This document shows positions 45,412-46,605 of a DNA stretch of 46,605 bases, piece by piece (position 1 is the first letter of the stretch; each line of letters begins with the position of its first letter). A program made the position numbers and the translations under genes. The DNA is from a virus. Its lineage: Duplodnaviria; Caudoviricetes. The notes under the pieces were generated by a model. That model made no database searches and had not been told where the DNA came from. It saw only the letters and a program-made list of their open reading frames with translations. The DNA lies in the IMG/VR virus record IMGVR_UViG_3300017912_004379, positions 1 to 46,605 of that record; one strand, 5' to 3'.

Positions 45412-45762
45412 CTAGGCCGCAAGCCTTCCCTTCTTGTAATCACCCGATATCTTGCCCTTGTAGGCATGACAGTTCTTGCATAGGGTCTGAACATTTTCTG
45501 GGGTGTTATTGTATCTGTTTCCGTCCTTGTGATCCAGGTCCAATTGTCCACTATCCAATATGGTGCTGGTGCAATCAGGGTTCTCGCAATGGTCTTTCTT
45601 GTGAGCCTTTACGCCTGTTTCTAGTGGTGCCTTTCCGTATGATGCATCATGGCATTTCCAACAATAGGGTCTATATCTTTTTGATCCATCGCGATTGGTT
45701 CCACTCCATGCCACAAGTCTGTCGCAACCATAGTTGATGCAACTTGGTCTTATCTTTTTCAT
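45412..45762 (-). CDS. HNH endonuclease with zinc-binding motifs
   Basis: C...GC, CWKC, C...C, LDLDHKDGNRYNN.PENVQTLCKNCH; AAGGA Shine-Dalgarno. Confidence 0.88.
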   Translation of the reverse strand: MKKIRPSCINYGCDRLVAWSGTNRDGSKRYRPYCWKCHDASYGKAPLETGVKAHKKDHCENPDCTSTILDSGQLDLDHKDGNRYNNTPENVQTLCKNCHAYKGKISGDYKKGRLAA

Positions 45763-45914
45763 CTGTTCCTTTCTTTCTTATATTATTACACGGATCACCC
45801 ACATCTCCTAATGGGTTTTCCATGGTATAAAAAAAAATTAACCAAACTGCTTGTTCGTAAAGTGCTCTTAAATTATAGCACGGATAGGCATGATGTCTAC
45901 GATGTTTGGTAAAG

Positions 45915-45956
45915 AAAAACCCCCACTGAACAATTTTCGGCCGTCCAGTGAGGGTA
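45915..45956 (-). terminator. Probable intrinsic terminator
   Basis: Minus strand CCCTCACTGGAC...GTTCAGTGGGGG followed by TTTTT. Confidence 0.55.
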
Positions 45957-45986
45957 TCCATCAAAGGGAGGTCTGATGAATTCTGT

Positions 45987-46067
45987 CTATAGGGTGTTGC
46001 CTGGTCCTCCCGTCAGTAGGACTATCAGTGTGAATACAGTGGCGAACACTATGATTTCTATGCCCAT
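45987..46067 (-). CDS. Membrane microprotein (26 aa)
   Basis: MGIEIIVFATVFTLIVLLTGGPGNTL; AGGAG upstream; TAGATG adjacency. Confidence 0.6.
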   Translation of the reverse strand: MGIEIIVFATVFTLIVLLTGGPGNTL

Positions 46068-46172
46068 CTATATCGCTCCTATCAGCATGAGTCCACCCAG
46101 GTTTCCGATCAGGATCAGTGCTACTATAATGGCTCCCATGATCAGGATCCGTCTGTGCTCTGGTGTGATCAT
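46068..46172 (-). CDS. Membrane microprotein (34 aa)
   Basis: MITPEHRRILIMGAIIVALILIGNLGGLMLIGAI; ATGA overlap with the ATPase stop. Confidence 0.6.
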   Translation of the reverse strand: MITPEHRRILIMGAIIVALILIGNLGGLMLIGAI

Positions 46173-46605
46173 GCTCCCGGCCTCATACAGGTCTGTTCCG
46201 CCAGGTGCTGATATCTGTCCGGCGCCATCTTCCAGAGATCTGCTATCTTCAGCACCATCCTCAACGATATCTCTCTCAACTTGTGCTTGTTATCAAATAT
46301 GAACTGCACCAACTTCGCCTCTTCTTCCTTGCCCATGGCATACTTCTCCAGCATACCTGCACCACAGATCTGTCGGATACGGAGCATACGATCCCTCATG
46401 GAATCTATTGTGAGATCCAAGTAATGGCATCTGCTCTGTAGGGCCTGTAGATGGTCCTGCAACTTCTTGGATTTCACATTGTCAAACTTGATGTTCGTGA
46501 TAAAGATCACACCACCAAAGAACTCAAAACTGTTGGGCATTCCCTCTGCCATCAGTGTCCTGCTCTCCGTGTTCCAGTGTAGGGTTCGCTTCTTGCCTGT
46601 GTCCA
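46169..46605 (-). CDS. AAA+ ATPase, C-terminal part (5'-truncated by the window edge)
   Basis: Frame stays open to the window end (DTGKKRTLHWNTESR..P.SFEF.G.VIFITN, ALQSR sensor-1/Arg-finger pattern). Confidence 0.75.
   Translation of the reverse strand, partial: DTGKKRTLHWNTESRTLMAEGMPNSFEFFGGVIFITNIKFDNVKSKKLQDHLQALQSRCHYLDLTIDSMRDRMLRIRQICGAGMLEKYAMGKEEEAKLVQFIFDNKHKLREISLRMVLKIADLWKMAPDRYQHLAEQTCMRPGA

Noticed and set aside
45970-46020. Hammerhead ribozyme core (CTGATGA at about 45973)
   Set aside because: No stem II followed by GAAA could be found; the region is better explained by a minus-strand peptide gene and terminator.
1-46605. Stop-codon reassignment, introns/inteins, or a diversity-generating retroelement
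   Set aside because: Core genes are full length in the standard code with TAA, TAG and TGA all used as stops; there is no suppressor tRNA, no intein-sized insertion in UvsX, the helicases or DnaE, no reverse transcriptase, and no template/variable repeat pair seen.

Overview
46.6 kb of a large, AT-rich T4-related (myovirus/jumbo-type) bacteriophage genome. It holds a replication/recombination core (gp32-like SSB, UvsX, UvsY, UvsW-like helicase, probable gp62-like clamp-loader subunit, primase, gp41/DnaB helicase, endonuclease III, and two separate DnaE/PolIII-alpha homologues of 196 and 563 aa). Interleaved with this is a large glycan biosynthesis/modification gene set (several glycosyltransferase types, five paralogous KpsS/KpsC-like proteins, FkbM/TylF methyltransferases, SGNH-like proteins, AsnB, UDP-sugar dehydrogenase, epimerase, 2OG-Fe(II) oxygenase, three radical SAM enzymes), plus four tRNAs, ClpP, an HNH endonuclease and an accessory right end rich in unannotated microproteins. 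The most notable observations are: (1) the ssb and compact-dnaE leaders share a 12-bp TAGATAAATATA box followed by AGGC(A) repeats, suggesting a joint, possibly ssDNA-sensing regulon; (2) chains of translationally coupled 23-47 aa single-helix membrane peptides that the ORF track misses; (3) a TAAATA box 4-8 nt before many start codons, implying leaderless transcripts; (4) a 196-aa minimal DnaE retaining all catalytic motifs; (5) several non-coding repeat or structured elements. All functional calls come from motif recognition by eye. No database searches were run, and the host is not determinable from this window.
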